From: an uncultured Alphaproteobacteria bacterium
Lineage (GTDB): Bacteria > Pseudomonadota > Alphaproteobacteria > RF32 > CAG-239
Assembly: GCA_944393695.1 (NCBI GenBank)
Contig: CALYAY010000007.1
Location: 14,266 to 78,265, forward strand
Length of the DNA: 64,000 nucleotides
Reading direction: 5' to 3'
This document shows positions 60,528 to 64,000 of this stretch, one piece after another. The position numbers and the translations under genes were made by a program. The notes beneath the pieces are model-generated. The model had not been told where the DNA came from and searched no databases. It saw nothing but the letters and a program-made list of their open reading frames with translations. How positions within the stretch are numbered: the first letter of the stretch is position 1; every line of letters starts with the position of its first letter.

Positions 60528-60562
60528 AAGATTCGTGAAGACAACAACAGACAGGTGATATT

Positions 60563-62602
60563 ATGATGAAACTAAGTAAAGCATTAATGCTGTCGGTTTC
60601 CGGACTGATGTTTACGTCCGGCGGCAGTTTGGCTTATGCCGGTATTTCAACGCATGATTTAACATCTTTCAACTCTCCGGGGACGGTTACATTTGTCCAC
60701 ACACACATCACACACGCCTCTGCCCCGGAAGAGCGTTTGTTGTCTTCACTTGAAGATTTTGATAAGGATAATTTATTTGTCACCCTCACCCGGGGCTTGC
60801 GCTCCGACCTCTCTCCTCAAGTGCGAGGTGGAGAAGGGACTCTGTCATCCTCGGACTTGATCCGAGGATCCAGATGGATTAAAACAGCAAATTTATTTGA
60901 CCTGGATACTCCAATCAAGTTGGAGTATGACAGAGAAAAGGGGCCGGAGTATGACAGGACAACCAAGAGTGATAACAAACTCATTCAACTTGCGGCGACC
61001 TGTTTTGTAACCGACACTTCAGCTTGTTCAGGCAATGAGTTTGGCGGGAACAATGGCGATGATGAAGGTCACGGCACTCCCGGCGGACCGAATGACGATT
61101 ATGACCTCGACAATGGGGAGCGCTGTCGTCAGGAAGGATATAACCAAACATCCTGTCCTGAAGGACAGGAACCTGTCAACATCTGCCCCTATGACAGTGA
61201 TTATTTCGAGAAATGTGTTTCTTCCTGTCCTACAAATTATGTAACCTGTGAAGTCCCATATTATGGGGTTGGTGAGGCCTGCGACGGGAAATACGCTTCT
61301 TGTAAAAAAGACACCGAACGTGCCTGTAAAGAATTAAACCCCGGATATGTTAACAGTTGCGGCACAGGGCAGCGGCTTAGCGACGACCGTTGTTCTTATG
61401 ACAACACCTATGGCACCTGCTGCAACACCTGTGCAGGTTACGATTATACCAGCATTCCGGATGGCTATGTCCAGAATGGAAACAGCTGTACCGGCTGCGA
61501 CGGACAGGAATATTTCAAAATAAAACCCAATTCCTGCGACGGTTTTCTGAATTGCGGCTCCATGGGACCGGAAGCCGGGGCCAAAACCTGTCTTTCGGGG
61601 ACAACTACCCTGTATGACAACTGCAAATCTTGTCCTTATGAATGTTCGCTGAGCTCATGCCCGTCACCTTACACCTGTAAGAAAGAGGAATGTTCAAATA
61701 TGTATTGCAAAACCGGCTGCCAAAGCGGCTATGACTGGAATGCAAGCACCAAGACTTGTACAAAGCAATGTGCCTATGAATGCACTTACAGCAGCTGCCC
61801 CTCACCTTTCACCTGCCGCTATGAAGACTGCTCGGGCAAATACTGCAAAACCGGCTGCCAAAGCGGCTATGACTGGAATGCAAGCTCCAAGACTTGCACA
61901 AAGCAATCCACGCCGCTGCCCAGCGACAGCAATTGCAGTTGTTTCGGGACAAGAACCGAATCTGACGGCTGCGGCGGGACGAGAACGGTTTGTAATGTTC
62001 CGGATTTGAAATATCTGTATTCTGACAAAACGCTGAGCGCTGATATTATTTCGGGCAAAACAATTGTCGGTATCAGTATTGAACCGGAAAACCGACTGGC
62101 CGTCGGCCTCGGATATACTCTGGACGAATGGGGCGGATACGGAACGGATATTCCGACACTGGAAAATATTTCCTGGGTTGGCAGAGGAGTTTATGTCTGC
62201 GGCGAACGGTCCATGTATGAGGTCAGAGACGGCAAAGCAAATACCCAGACAATTCTGGCTTATGGCAAGAGCAGCGGCATCTCGTATCCGGCGGCAGAAT
62301 GGGTGAATTCCTATCAACCGACGGGATGCAGCGCCGGAAGCTGGTGCGGAGCCGGAAACTGGTTCATCCCCTCGACCTGGCAGGCCTTTGCCTATTTCAA
62401 CAACCGGGATAAAATCCTCTCCATGCTGGAGGCGATTAACCAACTTCCTGATGACTGGATGTATACACAAGATGGTTTTTATACTATGACTTCTAATGAA
62501 ATCAGTGCGACCGAGCCCGGGTTCCTCTATTTCAACCAAGGAGCAATGGCTCGCAGCGATAAAACGTTTCAACAGGTTTCTTTGCCGTTTATTGAATATT
62601 AA
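60563..62602 (+). CDS. Cys-rich secreted protein family, paralog P5, with C-terminal DUF1566/C-type-lectin-like domain
   Basis: Diverged leader; SSLEDF-insert-IQLAATCF; Cys modules with a 46-aa tandem duplication; YLYSD..GKANT..YPAA..WFIPS..TSNE..K. Confidence 0.9.
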   Translation: MMKLSKALMLSVSGLMFTSGGSLAYAGISTHDLTSFNSPGTVTFVHTHITHASAPEERLLSSLEDFDKDNLFVTLTRGLRSDLSPQVRGGEGTLSSSDLIRGSRWIKTANLFDLDTPIKLEYDREKGPEYDRTTKSDNKLIQLAATCFVTDTSACSGNEFGGNNGDDEGHGTPGGPNDDYDLDNGERCRQEGYNQTSCPEGQEPVNICPYDSDYFEKCVSSCPTNYVTCEVPYYGVGEACDGKYASCKKDTERACKELNPGYVNSCGTGQRLSDDRCSYDNTYGTCCNTCAGYDYTSIPDGYVQNGNSCTGCDGQEYFKIKPNSCDGFLNCGSMGPEAGAKTCLSGTTTLYDNCKSCPYECSLSSCPSPYTCKKEECSNMYCKTGCQSGYDWNASTKTCTKQCAYECTYSSCPSPFTCRYEDCSGKYCKTGCQSGYDWNASSKTCTKQSTPLPSDSNCSCFGTRTESDGCGGTRTVCNVPDLKYLYSDKTLSADIISGKTIVGISIEPENRLAVGLGYTLDEWGGYGTDIPTLENISWVGRGVYVCGERSMYEVRDGKANTQTILAYGKSSGISYPAAEWVNSYQPTGCSAGSWCGAGNWFIPSTWQAFAYFNNRDKILSMLEAINQLPDDWMYTQDGFYTMTSNEISATEPGFLYFNQGAMARSDKTFQQVSLPFIEY

Positions 62603-62607
62603 CCCCA

Positions 62608-62640
62608 TAAGCTCCTGCTTTTGCAGGAGCTTATTTTTTT
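62608..62640 (+). terminator. intrinsic terminator of P5
   Basis: TAAGCTCCTGC-TTTT-GCAGGAGCTTA followed by a T-run. Confidence 0.85.
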
Positions 62641-62743
62641 GTTTATTATACATTCGCTTCTATCTGTTTTGGTCGGGAATAATTGACATTTCTGCCCCTT
62701 CGTGTTAGAAATAGTCCGTTTACTAAATAAAGAGGACTAAACT

Positions 62744-63709
62744 TTGGCGATATTAATAACAGGAGCTGCCGGCTTTATCGGTTCGTCACTTTGCGAAGAG
62801 CTGCTGAATCGGGGAAAAAATATTATCGGGATTGATAATTTTGATGCTTTTTATGCCCGTGAGATTAAAGAATCCAACATAAAAAATTGCCTTAAAAACA
62901 AAAACTTCAAATTTTATGAAGCGGATTTGACGGATATTGACGCGTTAAAAGAAGTTTTTGCGCAAAATCAGATAGATCAGGTTATTCATCTGGCGGCAAA
63001 AGCCGGGGTACGTCCGTCAATTGAACATCCGCTGGATTATTGCCGGACAAACGTGGTCGGCAGTTTGAACATTTTGGAGATGATGAGGCAGTATAACATC
63101 AAACGGCTGGTGTTTGCCTCGTCAAGTTCGGTTTACGGCAACTGCCGGGCGGAAATATTTTCTGAGGATTTGAAAGTCAGTGAGCCGATTTCGCCTTATG
63201 CGGCCAGCAAATCAGCCTTAGAACAATTTATTTACACTTACAGCAAACTGTTTGATATTCAGGCGGTGTGTCTGCGCTTTTTTACGGTTTACGGCCCCAG
63301 ACAACGGCCTGATCTGGCTATTCATAAATTTACACGCCTGATTGACGAAGGAAAACCCATTCCGATGTTCGGCGACGGCTCCACCAAGCGCGATTATACC
63401 TATATTGACGATATTGTGAGCGGTGTTTGCGCAGCGGCCGATTATGACCAAACGCCGTATGAAATTATTAATCTCGGCGGCGGGGAGCCGGTCAGTCTGG
63501 TGCGGATGATTGAGGTTATCGAAAAACATCTCGGCAAAAAAGCAATTATCAATCATCTGCCGATGCAGCCCGGGGATGTTGACAAGACAGCCGCCGATAT
63601 CAGCAAAGCCGGGAGATTGCTGTGGTATAAGCCGCACACTAATTTTGAGCAGGGAATAGAAAAATTTGTCGCCTGGTATCTGGCGGAAAAGGAGACTTTT
63701 GAAAAATGA
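62744..63709 (+). CDS. NAD-dependent epimerase (UDP-glucuronate 4-epimerase-like)
   Basis: TGAAGFIG, HLAAKAGVRPS, ASSSSVYG, YAASK and RFFTVYGPRQRPD motifs. Confidence 0.92.
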   Translation: MAILITGAAGFIGSSLCEELLNRGKNIIGIDNFDAFYAREIKESNIKNCLKNKNFKFYEADLTDIDALKEVFAQNQIDQVIHLAAKAGVRPSIEHPLDYCRTNVVGSLNILEMMRQYNIKRLVFASSSSVYGNCRAEIFSEDLKVSEPISPYAASKSALEQFIYTYSKLFDIQAVCLRFFTVYGPRQRPDLAIHKFTRLIDEGKPIPMFGDGSTKRDYTYIDDIVSGVCAAADYDQTPYEIINLGGGEPVSLVRMIEVIEKHLGKKAIINHLPMQPGDVDKTAADISKAGRLLWYKPHTNFEQGIEKFVAWYLAEKETFEK

Positions 63710-64000
63710 ACAGACGCCGGTTAATCGGAAAAATCAAGGAAAAAGTCTGCCTGCTGCTGGGACGGGGAAAGTTTAAAAAATTTCACCAACGACAGCAGGA
63801 GGTTCCGCCGCAAAAGGTTATTTATACCTGCATTACCGGAGATTATGACTGCCTGATTTTAAATATGTATTTGAATCCGGATTATAAATATGTTTGTTTT
63901 ACGGACAGTGAGGCTTATCTGAAAAAAGGGATTGTCGGGCCGTGGCATATTGAACCGCTGCAATTTCAGGATTCAGACAATACCCGTAACAACCGTTATC
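63706..64000 (+). CDS. DUF616-like glycosyltransferase domain protein (partial)
   Basis: ATGA overlap with the previous gene; translates MNRRRL...KVIYTCITGDYD...DYKYVCFTD..; open to the window edge. Confidence 0.75.
   Translation, partial: MNRRRLIGKIKEKVCLLLGRGKFKKFHQRQQEVPPQKVIYTCITGDYDCLILNMYLNPDYKYVCFTDSEAYLKKGIVGPWHIEPLQFQDSDNTRNNRY

Overview
A chromosomal segment of an alphaproteobacterium, judged from lpxA-lpxI-lpxB, dusB-trkA-hfq-hflX, a TipN-like polarity protein and tRNA-Leu-tig. adhE suggests a fermentative, possibly host-associated lifestyle (inference). Dispersed between the housekeeping genes are five paralogs of a secreted Cys-rich protein family (P1 <1-617, P2 13924-16119, P3 28152-30503, P4 50860-52704, P5 60563-62602) and a sixth, more distant relative (30960-32384). 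All five have the same sigma70-type promoter and RBS, and P1-P4 have a near-identical leader (P5 is more diverged). At one fixed position (between SSLEDF and I[QK]LAA[AT]CF) each carries a different in-frame insert of 81-264 bp. The inserts are built from the same REP/RPE-like palindromic elements that form clusters in four intergenic regions. Downstream, Cys modules are shuffled between copies and three copies end in divergent DUF1566/C-type-lectin-like domains. Next to tRNA-Pro is an AT-rich three-gene unit: a DHH phosphodiesterase resembling the NrN of SAM-AMP type III CRISPR systems, an unknown protein, and a Pol-beta-type nucleotidyltransferase, with no cas genes nearby. The window also holds a 3.3-kaa autotransporter with an unusual ankyrin + transmembrane N-terminus. 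No transposase, integrase, reverse transcriptase or CRISPR array is visible. All family assignments are by motif recognition, not database search.
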